The position numbers and the translations under genes are program-made. Shown here in pieces: positions 1 through 11,558 of a DNA stretch of 64,000 nucleotides. Position 1 is the first letter of the stretch. Every line of letters begins with the position of its first letter. The notes beneath the pieces are model-generated. The model was given only the letters and a program-made list of their open reading frames with translations. It did not search any database and was not told the DNA's origin. Source of the DNA: Marsupella aquatica (lineage: Eukaryota; Plantae; Marchantiophyta); NCBI GenBank assembly GCA_973895155.1, contig OZ316891.1:19307048-19371047 (forward strand), read 5' to 3'.

Positions 1-119
1 ATTACATTTCATAATGTTGACCATACTTCCAATGGTCTGCATGGAGCACAGAGATACATTCCAATTCTTGTACCCAGGTATTAGTCAATGTACAAGTCAA
101 TGTTTACATCACCCAAAGG

Positions 120-459
120 CCCGGTTTGACCTTGCCCGTCAAACTGGGCGAAAATGGCCGGCAAATGGGCAACCTGGCACCCGGGCTCGGGAGTAGTCCG
201 GGAGGGGTGGGTTCGGGTTTGGGGGGGGGGGGGGTTCGGGTTCGGGGGCGGTTTGGGGGTGCTCCGGGGGGGGGGTCCGGGGGGGCGGTCCGGGGGGGGA
301 AGTTCGGGTTCGGGGTCTGGCCGGGGAGAGGCGGTCTGGGGGGGGGGGGGTTTCGGGAGAATCTTTTCGAGTATCCGTCAAATTGGTCATTTTTGGGCCG
401 TCATTTGATGATTTGACGTGCCCAACAAGGCGTCAAGGTGCCCATCAGGTTAAACCGGG
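120..459. mobile_element. Non-autonomous TIR element (MITE) with G-tract-rich interior
   Basis: Termini cccggtttgacc (120-131) and ggttaaaccggg (448-459) are 11/12 inverted. Identical 8-bp flanks cccaaagg at 112-119 and 460-467. Interior 200-355 consists of G-runs and ggttcggg units. Confidence 0.75.
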
Positions 460-489
460 CCCAAAGGTCCTTATCGTAAAATGAAGGGT

Positions 490-604
490 GCTTGCTCATC
501 CCATAATGAGGTATATTGACTCCCATATATAGTCTCATTGCGGACATGTGTCGCGCTTGCTCATCCCATAATTAGGTATATTGCCTCCCATATACAGTCT
601 CATC
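490..604. repeat. Tandem duplication, ~67-bp unit
   Basis: gcttgctcatcccataat-aggtatattg-ctcccatata-agtctcat occurs twice in tandem. Confidence 0.75.
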
Positions 605-897
605 ATGTACATGTGTAGACCATACCTCAAAATGGAACAGCGAGCATCCTTAACCATGTAATTGGCAAACGCTCAAGGGAGTTTTGGTTTATGTCTGCCA
701 CAACAGGCTCAATGCTCTGGCTCAAGTCAGAAACCGGACTTACACCATACGACACAGTGCAATTGTATCACCCTAGCGCATGCCAGAAAGTTCTGACCTT
801 ATGAGTACCCTAGACTGTATATGCATCATTTTGAAGTGTAAATTGTGATGTGGCATATTTTGATTGACCCCAATGTTTGTATAGTCAGCCACTGCCC

Positions 898-2233
898 TTT
901 ATAAATATCTGAGCCCTCTTGAATACAAGGTGAATGCCTTGTAATACAAGAGACAGCATATGTGTAAGAAGGGAGTTGACACGAATCCTGAATTCATTCC
1001 CAACTTGAAATATCTGAGCCCTCTGGAATACCACATACACCCTATCCGTATGTCCTGTAATACATGAAATACACTATGTGTAAGAAGGTAGTTGACACGA
1101 ATTCTGATATTAATTCCCAACTTGAAACATCTGAGCTCCCTGGAATACCAGATACCCCCTTATCCGTATGTCCTGTAATACATGAAACACCATCTGTTGA
1201 TATGTGTAAGAAGGTAGCAGACAAGAATCCTGAAATAAATTCCCAACCCGAAATATCTAAACCCTCTCGAATACAACATACACCCTATGTCAATGTACTG
1301 TAATACATGAGATACCATCTGTGTCCTGTTGGTAAATCACACATCAAAATGTGGGTACATTCATTGATTGAAAGAAAAAAACTAGGTTATCATGGTATAC
1401 AGGGATGTCTTACATCATATATATGTCATATTTTGATATATGATTATAGAGACCCATATATGTAAGAAGGTAGTTGACAAGAATTCTGAAATTAATTCAC
1501 ATCCCCAAGTACCTGAGCCCTCTGCATACAACACACCCCTATGTCTATGTAGTGTAATCATGAGACACCATATGTGGAATAAGGTACTTGACAAGTTGAC
1601 ACTGAAGACTCCTTAAATTAATTCACATCCCAAAATACCTGAGCCCTCTGGAATACAACATACACCCTATGTCTATTCAGCACACGAGTCAATCTCGAGT
1701 CCTATTAAGAGCCTCGAGTACATGGCTGCCCAAGCCTGCTGTCCGGCCCTTTATATATATATTTTTAGTTTTAAAGAGCAAAATAAACCCCACTTGTGGG
1801 TGGGTTAAATGTTAAAAGGAGAACGGGCCAGAGCAGAATACCCAGGACCTCTCGGGCCCCACTGAGAGCAGCTACCACTCAGCCTGTGACCGGATCATGG
1901 CAACAAACTCTCACGTCAGGTAATTAACCAAAAAAACATTTCCTGCACATTTGGGCAGCTTACAACACTTAAAAAGAAATTAATGCAAATTAGCATTAAT
2001 TGTCCTCAAGATTACCTTTCCTAATTAATCTATGTCTATGTACTGTAGTCATGACACAGTGACACACCATATGTCAATATGTGTAAGAGGGTAGTTGACA
2101 AGAGTCCTGAAATTAATTCCCAACCCGAAATATCTGAGCCCTCTGGAACATCACATACACCCTATGTCTATGTACTGTAATACACACTATATATGTAAGA
2201 AAGTAGTTGACAAGTGTCCTGAAATTAATTCCC
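898..2233. repeat. Degenerate satellite-like array, ~110-125-bp unit, roughly 7-8 full or partial copies, interrupted twice
   Basis: Recurring gtaagaaggtagttgacaagaattctgaaattaattccc...atctgagccctctggaata...acaccctatgtctatgtactgtaatacatga near 960, 1078, 1203, 1460, 1575, 2080 and 2195. Confidence 0.85.
1677..2029 (-). mobile_element. 353-bp insertion with 10-bp target duplication, carrying a tRNA-like segment
   Basis: Splits a satellite unit; ctatgtctat is present at 1667-1676 and 2030-2039. The minus strand contains an A-box-like ggctgagtggtag and a gaggtcctgggt segment followed by a T-run. Confidence 0.6.
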
Positions 2234-5081
2234 ATCATGGTCGCATTGGCGATGCTTGGCACAGTCTGACGGTGCTCGGTTGTACTACTGCAGGAAAAAC
2301 TCAACGCTCTGTTAGACTGTATCAGTCCAAATTAAAGAACTGCATGTTTGCATTGCTTGGCAAGCGAGGATTGGGTGGAAAGATATAATCTCCTATCTGT
2401 ACAATTATGTTTCGCCCCTCTTGCAACCTCACAAAAACCGGAAGGGGAAATTACACAACGGCATTGACACGAAAAAGATCCTCTGCAGGAAATGGGCTTT
2501 CTACATGAGTACTACTGCCTACTACTACTGTAACAGCAGCAGCCACCCACCTCGCCTGTCCGCTGGACCAACTAAACAACTTAATGCCCTTGGTGCTTTT
2601 ATCGTTGTCATTTTTCTTGCCTTCAAGACAAAAATTCACAGTCCACATTTGGATTGGATCAGGGCATTCTGAAGCTTCTACACTGTTACTGAGATTATGT
2701 AAAATAAGATAAAATATCTCTTACGTCCATAAGTCAAAGCTCGAGTTTAAGGATGTTACTCTAAAAATAATGATTTTCTTTACTTTTTTCTTTGTACTTT
2801 TCCGTAATTTAAAGACAAAACTGGGCATTCTGAAAATTCTGAAAACTGGGCATTCTGAAAATTAAACACTATTACTAAAATACTAAATATTTGAAACTTC
2901 AACTTTAAATGGTCTTAGTCCAAAAATTCATCACAATTATTAACGTCATTTTCTATTCAAACCTGCCCCACTCTCAATTTAGTCTTACTGACAATAATTA
3001 AAGACAAACATTTTGGTTCTCGATGCGTAAAAATAAGGTACTATATATGAAAATTTTAGTATATATTTTGGAGTTTAGCAGATTCTGGAGTTCTTTTATT
3101 TTACCCAGGTGCCTGTAATAGTTATACATTTCTCTCAGTTCCTGCACATTAATTTTTTTACATCAATAAAGTATTTGAATTGGCTTTCATTGCTCGGCTT
3201 CACTATAAAGTGAGTGTTAAATTTAGGTGTGACATTTCATTGTAGAAAGAATAGATTCTTTGATTTTTACTTGAACCCTAGGTTAGATCACCGTTGTTTT
3301 TCCTTTTGTCATGAGTACCTCATGTTTGCATGAATGTCAAGATAAGAATATAACTAAATTGGACTTTTCTCTTTTGCCCTTTACCCTAGGTTTACATTAA
3401 TCATTTGTTTTATTATTCAATTTTTATAGAACTTATTCCTTTATTCTTTTTCAACTAGAAAAGCCTACTTTGGATCTCTCTTTTATTCTAGATTCGATTG
3501 TTCACACTATTTTACATTATTCGAGTCGGTAACTTACAATAGTTTTCGTGAATTCAAACGGAGGTACGATAATTCATGCCCTGCCGTAATTGTGTTTTAC
3601 ATGCATACTTTAGGAACACCGTACTCGAGAGTTATAGGACTCCGCTAAGCTTTCCCTTTTCCTTTTTAGCCTACTAGTACCTTGCCAGTACTTTACATGC
3701 GCACTTAGTACGGTAGTTGGGTGCATGAAACGTTGTACGACTGTTCCAGTACATTACTGTCAGGCGATGTTATTCTTTCCTTTCTGCCTTACTGCAGTAG
3801 CACCTTTTTTAACACTTTTAGATAGACACGCAGTCTGGTTGTTGGCTTCATAAACACCCGTACAAGTCTTACATGCGGACGCAGTACGGTAGTTTGGGTT
3901 CATCAAACCATCGACGGGGCTTACAGGACGGGACTGTGTGAAACTGTAGACGGCGAACTTTGGGTTTTTGTGGTCTAGGACTCTAGGGAGAACCCAGGTC
4001 CCACCACAACGGGAATCCGCCAACGATGGAGTGGACTTGCGACGGGACCACGTACGGGGAGTACCGGAGTGACCGGCGTGACGACGGAAGGGTCGCATCG
4101 GCAGCTCGAGACGGTGACTCAGTACGACCCGTCAAAACCATAATTTGACGGCAAAGTCATTTGGAATAAAGCCAGGCCCATGAGTTTTGCGACGGGTTGT
4201 TAATACAGGGAAACAATTCCGGGAGAGTGGGAGACTACCGTGGTGTCCGCCGGGCTCGCACAGTGTTAGTGTTTATTATTTTTTACTCCAAAAAACAAGA
4301 AGTTGATGTCTGAATGGACCATAAAGTTTGACCTCGGGAATCCCATAGACCAATCAGTGTCTAACATCCAAACATGCATTAGGGCTGTTGCATGTGCATG
4401 GAAATGGGCCCTCAAATTTGACTTGCTATGGATCACAAAATCTAAAGGTTGGCCCAAGAGTAAGCTCACAATTGAGACAATAGGGCGTCTCAAACTTGTC
4501 GAAACGCGGGCCGTCAGGCCGTCCGGGAGTTCGCGGGCCGGGACGCGGCCCCAAAGTGTGCGGTCACCCGAATCGGCGACCGCACTTTTACGCCCGGGCT
4601 TTTTCGCTAACTTCAGGCCGCAGGCCAAGGTTAGACTATGAGCGTGTTGCGAACCTGGGTTAGAGGCGCGTGTCAGCGAACTTCCTGCACATTGTTACGA
4701 TTTCAAACGTAACCTCAAAAAAAAACTCAGAGAGTGGGCGATGGTGAGAGGCGGAGTACAAGCCGCGCGCATAGTGAATACGTCTTGAAGCATTATCGTG
4801 ACCGACAACAATCGCGCTCCAGCAGTTGATGGATTTGCATTAACGATACTCTGCCTCCATCAATCCTTTTCAAGCTCGTGAGCTGGTGGTGCAACCTCTG
4901 GTACTGACACTCGCTTGTGACTTTTCAAGGTTGTGGAGTACGTCAATCGTGCGGAGTGTTGGCAGTGCATCCCAGGTGAATCCATCCCTCCGCTTTCAGT
5001 TATGACGCACTTGTTACGCTATACGCTAAAATGTCGATGCTGCCTTCTGGATTATAAAGTATTTTTCTTTCTGCTCAGGCC

Positions 5082-5720
5082 ATGGCTCAATGGACCTCTC
5101 TTGAAGAGGTTGAGGAGGGCAGACTTGCAGGAATAAGCAAAAAATACGAACCCTCCTTGGTCTGGGCAGCAAATTATGTGGCACAAAATTCTTACCCACG
5201 AAAATTTCTTTACTCTGCCTGCCCTTACCCTATGGAGACAGGATTAACATGCCAGAAATCTCTCGAATTTGGTCCTCGATGTGGGCATACAGTACCAGGC
5301 CAGCCTAAGTTTAGGTTTCAGCTTATTTTATTTGATGCAGCTCATGGACCTCATAAGCCTTTAAAGGCACTACTTTGGGACACAGCCAGCTTTCTCTTGA
5401 AGTGCTCTGCATTGGATTTTAGTTTGTTGTCTGAATTGGACCAAGTACGTTCTGTACAGTCAATTTTGCAGAAATGTCCCAAGCTTCAAGTGTCACTGGA
5501 AGTGAGGAACCTAGAATTGCATGTGAAGCATCTGGATGACCCTGTCACAACGCCAGGCCCTCAATCTTTTGGATCCTCGAGTTCCAGGAGCCCTGCATTT
5601 AGGACACCCACCAAGGTCATAGAAAATGCAACCCTTACCACTCCTGTGAAGCGCAACAGTGCCAAAAAGATCCTGGCAGACCTCATAGAGCAATTGAAGG
5701 GGGCTGATCTTGATGACTGA
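5082..5720 (+). CDS. Transposon-borne protein resembling the RPA1 C-terminal zinc-ribbon OB-fold (Rep_fac-A_C-like)
   Basis: Intact 212-aa ORF inside the TIRs. FLYSACP..TCQKSL...CGH...PKFRFQLILFD...LKALLWDTASFLLKCSA matches the YxACP..CxKK..C..C..RY.l.l.l.D....atlFd..a..llG.sa pattern of RPA1 DBD-C. Confidence 0.6.
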   Translation: MAQWTSLEEVEEGRLAGISKKYEPSLVWAANYVAQNSYPRKFLYSACPYPMETGLTCQKSLEFGPRCGHTVPGQPKFRFQLILFDAAHGPHKPLKALLWDTASFLLKCSALDFSLLSELDQVRSVQSILQKCPKLQVSLEVRNLELHVKHLDDPVTTPGPQSFGSSSSRSPAFRTPTKVIENATLTTPVKRNSAKKILADLIEQLKGADLDD

Positions 5721-5930
5721 AACACCTTCTTGCAAGCGGTGTAGAAGTCCATCATTCTGTATTTTTTGTGGCACCTTGTTAAGAACTCAGCAATGAACTG
5801 TACACTTTGATGAATAAATATTAAATGGTGTATCTCTTTAGAATTATTTCATTCCTTGGTTGCAATGAGAGTGGAATGTGACTTGTTATTCTCAAAATCA
5901 TGTATTGGTGACTCGACATGCAGGTTCATC

Positions 5931-7459
5931 ATGCCTCGAGTTTCCGAGAGGCAACATCAGTTGAGAATGGTGAAGCAAAAACTTCAAGTCACTGTCGCTT
6001 TACAGAGCTCCACCTCAGAATCGGATGTAGACTCCATCCAGGGAACTGCTGGTTCTCTTGAATGTATTCCCTCTGGGTTTGGTTCCACAGACACAAATGA
6101 TGCAGTCATTGGGGGGTTAGACTCATCATCTGATTCAGAAAAAGAAGACGGGAGTTTAGACTGTGAACCTAATCCAACGGATTTGCTTGAGTTGTATTTT
6201 GTTCTGTACAATTCACGATACTTGGTACCCAGACACTCGCCCAGACATGTGACCCCAAAATCCAATGAGTTTGCCACTCAATTTTTTCATAACTTACCAG
6301 ATAGGTTGTTTAGGCAGCTCACTAGAATGTCAAAAGCTTCATTTTTTCAATCTTGTGGACCTTGTCACCCCACATCCAGTGTTTCACAACAATTCATATG
6401 TTGAGCAGGCACCAGTAGTTCGCCAGTTGGCTGTTTGCTTAGACCGGCTTGGGCATGATGGGAATGGAGCATGTTTGAACCACATGATCCCTACATGGGG
6501 GGTCAGCAATGGCAGTCTAATTAACTTCTCCAATAGGTACTTCCGTGCTCTAGAAAGAGTGTTGAATGATTATATACAATGGCCTACATCACGAGAGCGT
6601 TTAGCATTGAGCAAGGAGTTTGCTGCACATGGATTCCCTGGATGTGTTGGACTTATAGATGGTTCTCTGCTTCCCTTAGCTCAACGTCCATTTGCCCATG
6701 GGGAATGCTATTATGACCGCAAGAGCAGATACTCTGTTAATGTACAGGTGGTATGTGATCATAGGAGGCGAATTCTTTACATGTTCACAGGTGAAACAAT
6801 TTGGACAGTTAAGTTGTAACCACCTGCTTTTGGTTTAAGTGTTGCTCTTTCCTTACCTCTCATAACATGGATGCTTTCACCATTTTTCAGGAATGCCGGG
6901 CTCATGCTCGGACTTGACATGCTTGAGGAAATCACCTCTGTGGAAGTTTTGCACTGACCTCAACAGCAGCAACATCTTCAGTGATGGGCAGTACATCTTG
7001 GGTGACAGCGGGTACCAGGTTTTACCTCATGTAGTTTGTGCCTTCAAGAGAGCTGACATGGTAGTTGATAAAGAGGATTTTAATACTTGTGTGGCAAAGT
7101 GTCGTGTTACCAATGAGCACTGCATTGGGGTCCTGAAATCAAGGTGGCATTCATTGAAAGAGGTTAGAACCCAACTGAACACCGGCAAAGACAGTGCCTG
7201 GCTGGTTACATGGGTTTCTCTATGTGGGAAGTTACATAATTATGTAATTTCTCAGAATGATCCATGGACAGAAGAAGACGAGGCCCAACATTTACCAGAA
7301 TCCCAGGGAAATGAAGATGTCTGGGGACGACGTGGTTCAGGGCGAACATCTAGAAGGGGCATTGTGGTTGCAGGTAATGCCTTGCTTGTGAGTGTTATGG
7401 ACCATGCACTGACATTCAATCGTCAGCCAGGTCGCTTCCTGTACTCGGCTCAGCAGTGA
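5931..7459 (+). pseudogene. Harbinger/PIF-type DDE transposase (DDE_Tnp_4-like), one frameshift, one intron
   Basis: FRQLTRMSK...HPVFHNNS...QLAVCLDRLG..GNG N-terminal helix region. Catalytic motifs GLIDGS, PGSCSD, GDSGY, NEHCIGVLKSRW and LHNY. Frameshift in the T-run at ~6342-6347. GT-AG intron 6791-6890 joins YMFTG to MPGS. Confidence 0.9.
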
Positions 7460-7582
7460 GTATATGGTACATATAATCACCCGCACACTTCTTTGACTGA
7501 TGCATTTATTGACTCAGATTGTGCTCAAGATTTTGGTTGACTGTTTGACCCCCACATCCGTTCCTCCTTTCAGTATTATTTA

Positions 7583-8832
7583 TTGCAGCTGAGTCGGTCC
7601 AACCTAGAGACGAAGCATTGTTGTTGTGTCATCCTCATTAGCTATCATTTTTGCAGCATTCTCCTTTCGTGCTTGGACAAATGGCAAAACCGAGAACCCC
7701 ATTGTCTGGTTGACAGCCAAGACTTTGTGACTGACAAATTCTTCTTGGGTATTTGGAATTACCCAACCTGGCCAGCAACAGTTCGCGAGCGTTTTCAGCA
7801 ACATTTTGCAGGTGTGAAGGGATTCCAGGACACATCGCCATCGACGCAGGTGCTCTTGATGAAGTGGGATGACTTCTTTGCATTCGTAGAGGACATTTTG
7901 CGAGAAGACTACGTTGATAGCGAATGCAACATGCAGAGTACGCTCACTTCGTTAATGTCATCCATTTTGCAGAATACAAGGGGCTCCAATGCCACAGTCG
8001 AATGCAGCACCTCATGCGTTGATAGCTCACCTTCCAGCAAACATGGAACTCCGTAAGAGCAAGACGGATAGGGCATCCACGACTTTGTCATTTTAGCTTT
8101 TCACTTTTGACTTCGTAGTGACCGTAGTACCTGGGACGTTATAGTCACTGAAGCATTTGCTATCGTAGTAACAATTTTGGTTGCAATTGAAGGCTGTCGC
8201 CTTGTGGGATCGTCTCAACTAGGATTAATATGTTCCAGAGCTCATGTTCAGAGCTCCATTTTGAATATAGATATCGGCACTTGAAGTGTGAAACATTTTT
8301 GCGATTGGGTGTATACCCTAATTCAGCTACACTATATTTATAGTTCATTTCACTGTCGTCGCTTTTGTGTCAATGAAGTGGGCTCCTACGTGAGAATGTG
8401 ATGTGCACATTGTGGCCTGGCAACTGCCTGTTTTGTTCTGGCTGTTTCCTTCTCGATGTAGTTTGGTTCTGTTCGCTGGAAGTTAGCAAGACTTTACACA
8501 CAGTGGTCTATGCATTTCACCAAATTTTGTAAGTCATGTGAAAGTTTGTGCTCTGCATTGGCCAAAAAGATGTTGCCACGGAATATTACAATCTGACTTG
8601 AAGCAAAGTTTTAGCATTAAATTGGGCATTGCAAGAACCGAGAAACAAGCACCTTGCATGAGTGCATGAGGCTAGAACGGATGCAGTGGGCCTGGAAAAT
8701 TAGGTCCAATCTTGATGGCAAGAAAGGAACCGTCTGGACTATGAGGTGAGCCGCATAGAAGAGGAAACAGCTCAGCGTAAGCAAAATTTGAGCACGAACA
8801 TCCAATCGGCATTTAGTGAGGACAAAAATTAA
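7583..8832 (+). pseudogene. Decayed additional gene inside the transposon, with a Cys-rich zinc-finger-like segment and coiled-coil tail
   Basis: Open frame 7583-8056. Then FHCRRF...YVRM*CAHCGLATACFCSGC...WFCS...YAFH at ~8348-8532 and a charged helical stretch WQERNRLDYEVSRIEEETAQRKQ at ~8715-8830. Most stops can be explained as CGA>TGA or CAG>TAG changes. Confidence 0.45.
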
Positions 8833-9029
8833 GAATTATTGGTGCTCAGATTATGATGTTCATAGCAGAGAAATACAATCTGTTGAAGCATGTGCACAAA
8901 TTGCACAAATCGACTATTTCTGCAAACATTAGGACTAATGTCGCATCGAAAGCGACGATGGCAACTCTCCTACCCTAAATCAACAACCTCCTCATCTCTA
9001 CGTTCAGTCGTCCATGCTCGGGAGTTTCC

Positions 9030-10482
9030 CTATTGCGGAGCTCTTTCTGGAATGGGTGGTGTCGGGTTCAATGCAGGGAACAATTGCATGAGTGTGACCA
9101 TCTGCTCTGGTGTCCTGTTAGAACAGATGAGCTCAGTGAACATTGCACTGGACTGTTGAGCTCTCAGCAGGGTCAGTTGTATGTCCAGATCAATTCTGGC
9201 CCTCTTCTCCTCGTGCTTTCTCTGTATCCTGTCCCTCTCCTTTGTGTCCTTTGCCAGTGCTAGGCGTGCTTCCTTCCTGTCTGCCAATTCTTGAGCTTTC
9301 CATTTATCACGAGTTTCAATCATCTGCTGTCAAAATACGTTCTTCTCACCAAGCTTTTCCATGTACACCTCTGCCATATTGGGCCGGGAAGTTGCTTGTG
9401 AAGGGACGGGCCTTCTTGAGTTTTTCTTCCCCGGATATGATCTATCCACAGTGGGATTAGATGGCGGGGCTGGAGGGGCCCGTGAGCCTTGCACCTCAGT
9501 GGTGTTGCAAAATGTTGCATCACCAGAAGCAACAGGCTCTGGTTGTGTCCCTGTGGATACAAATTCTTCCGCTTCTGCAGGTCTAAACCCAACATTGCTC
9601 GTGGCTGGATCAGGAAACTCAGTCGGTAAGGTCTGCTGAGAGTCAAACTGCGAATCCCCACCCTGTTCACGCCAATCTGTGTAGGACCAGTAACAAGCAA
9701 GAGTCATTCACTCAATTATACTCACATAGAATGTAAAAAATGAAATGCCTTTCGATGTTAAAGTAAGAAATGCATTTTTGTGTGCAGGTATTTTAGAGTT
9801 GGAACATACATGTGGGCAGGGAATCATGGTCATTTCGACCGTCGTAGTCGTCTAGCTCTTCCTCGTTTGATCCTGGATCCAAACAAAGCTCATTGTGTCC
9901 TGGCAATCCAACTGATGCGGTGGCAAGGGGGGAAACATTTGCCCTCTCGCCATAGAGCGCATGCATCCTCTCAAAGTGTGGACAGATTTTGTCTAGCTTG
10001 TCCTCCAGCGTAATACCTGCACGAAGCTCTGCCAACGGTAGACCAGCCCCAGAATCCTGTTTGACAGCCAAAGCTTCCTTGTATTTCTTCAAATAACGTG
10101 CGAAGCGTTTACCCAGGTTGTCTCCCGTGCTGACGAATTTAGGGAACCCTTGTGAATGGAGCACAATCAACATCATTCGAAAAACTGTCTTTTTTGAAGG
10201 ATGCCTTGTACCAACAGGCAGCCTACGAGAGGATCCATTAAGCTGGGCAAAGTTCATTGGATCTTCGAGCCAATCCACGATCTTCCCCAAGTCATATGCT
10301 GTGAGCTTGCGATTTGAATCAGCTGCAGAAACATGATGATTATTTGCGGCCACCATGTTTGCTCCAAGTTCTGTTTGCTGTGAATCGGGCACGATGGAAT
10401 CAGGCACTAGCACTGGATCTTGCAAGTGGAGAGATCCAGCAAGTTCTGAGGTAGTGAGATGAGGCCTCATCGAATAAGCCAT
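9030..10482 (-). pseudogene. Myb/SANT-like (trihelix) DNA-binding second ORF of the PHIS element
   Basis: IVDWLEDPMNF...KK......L...GF....GKRF..YLKKYKEA...SGAGL...LEDKLDKICPHFERMHALYGER is typical of Harbinger ORF2 proteins. GT-AG intron ~9809-9677. One in-frame TGA at 9330-9332 precedes a coiled-coil C-terminus. Convergent with the transposase. Confidence 0.75.
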
Positions 10483-11558
10483 CTATCCTCTTCTACTCTT
10501 GCAGTTCGCGACGCAAAATTCGGAGTCGAATGTGCAGTCAGAGTTGCGAGAGGGAAGCTTCAATTTTGAAAATGCTCTGCACTCATCAAAAGAAACAAGG
10601 TCTCTGTTGTGCAGACGAAAGTCGGCGCAAGTGTTCAAACGACCGTGAGCGGGATTTCATTGCCTTAACTGCAGCTAAACCCGCGATGGTTCAGGCTCAC
10701 GGCACGTCTCAAACATGGCCACCCCACTTTTTGCATGCCCGAAAAGGTGGTCCCGGCCTTAGTCGTGGGCGCACTTTGGGCCGGTCACATGCCCACGACC
10801 AAGTCCGCGGCCCTAAAGTTTGAGACGCCCTAATAGAACAAGTGCATGTGCACTCCAGCGCTTGACAATTTGTTTTCTTTGTTTTGGCATTTTGATATAA
10901 TTTCTTTGTTTCCAAGAGGTTGGGATTACAATTGCCGAAGACTTTTCTGCGTTTGCACTAGGATTTATTTATTGTGAATTTTTCTAACTCATATATTTAT
11001 TCCACAAAAACCTGGGGCCAACTGGCCCTTGGATCTTAGGGTGGTTGTACAAAACTTTGGGGGTAGTTTGACTATTTCTTTACCAAAGCAAATGTATGGG
11101 CCATTTAACATTTTAGAAGATCCTGCATGGGGGCTAAAGGAGAGATTGGAATTTTTTAATGGCCCCCAATGTCTGGTAAAGCTAACTAGAGCAAATGGTG
11201 TTAGATTATTTGCTAGACGACAAGTTGGGGACCCACTCCACTTAAAAGTTAAGTAGTTCATTGGCTAGGGCCCTTCTTGTTAAGACTAGAGAACATCTGA
11301 TGAGGGGCATGCAGGTCCACTTTAATGCAAAAGACTCAAAACAAGAATGGACCAAGGAGCCAGATGAAGAGACCTCCAAGGGAGGTGGTCTACAACCTGG
11401 GACAAAAATGTGCTCCACATAAACAAAAGGTGGGCCCACTCCATTCCATCTAGGGATCGGCAACAGGTTAGGTTGAACGTGCATCCAACATTTTGCAAAG
11501 TGAACAGTCGCATTTTTCCCCAGTGGATGGCCTTTTTTCCTCAATGGATAGCCCTGAT

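Larger units (their letters stand above)
4482..10831. mobile_element. Full-length PIF/Harbinger-superfamily (PHIS, possibly Pangu-like) DNA transposon
   Basis: Perfect 16-bp TIRs agggcgtctcaaactt (4482-4497) and aagtttgagacgccct (10816-10831). AAT is duplicated at 4479-4481 and 10832-10834 (alternative reading: 15-bp TIR with TA duplication). Contains a DDE transposase and a convergent Myb/SANT-like gene. Confidence 0.92.

Noticed and set aside
126-416. Gly-rich and Pro-rich ORFs on both strands
   Set aside because: They are translation artefacts of G-tracts inside a MITE.
2239-4265. Possible Transib/CACTA-like element ending in cacagtg at 4265
   Set aside because: No convincing matching left terminus or TSD was found. 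Probably a TE remnant, but it cannot be supported.
9330-9332. In-frame stops in transposon genes (also 45817 and 46087-46092) read as recoding, selenocysteine or RNA editing
   Set aside because: They are best explained by C-to-T decay of methylated TE DNA. Other lesions co-occur (a frameshift and a catalytic R-to-P change), and U-to-C editing in plants is organellar.
10930-11520. Possible decayed LINE or other coding remnant
   Set aside because: No diagnostic motif was recognisable in any frame.
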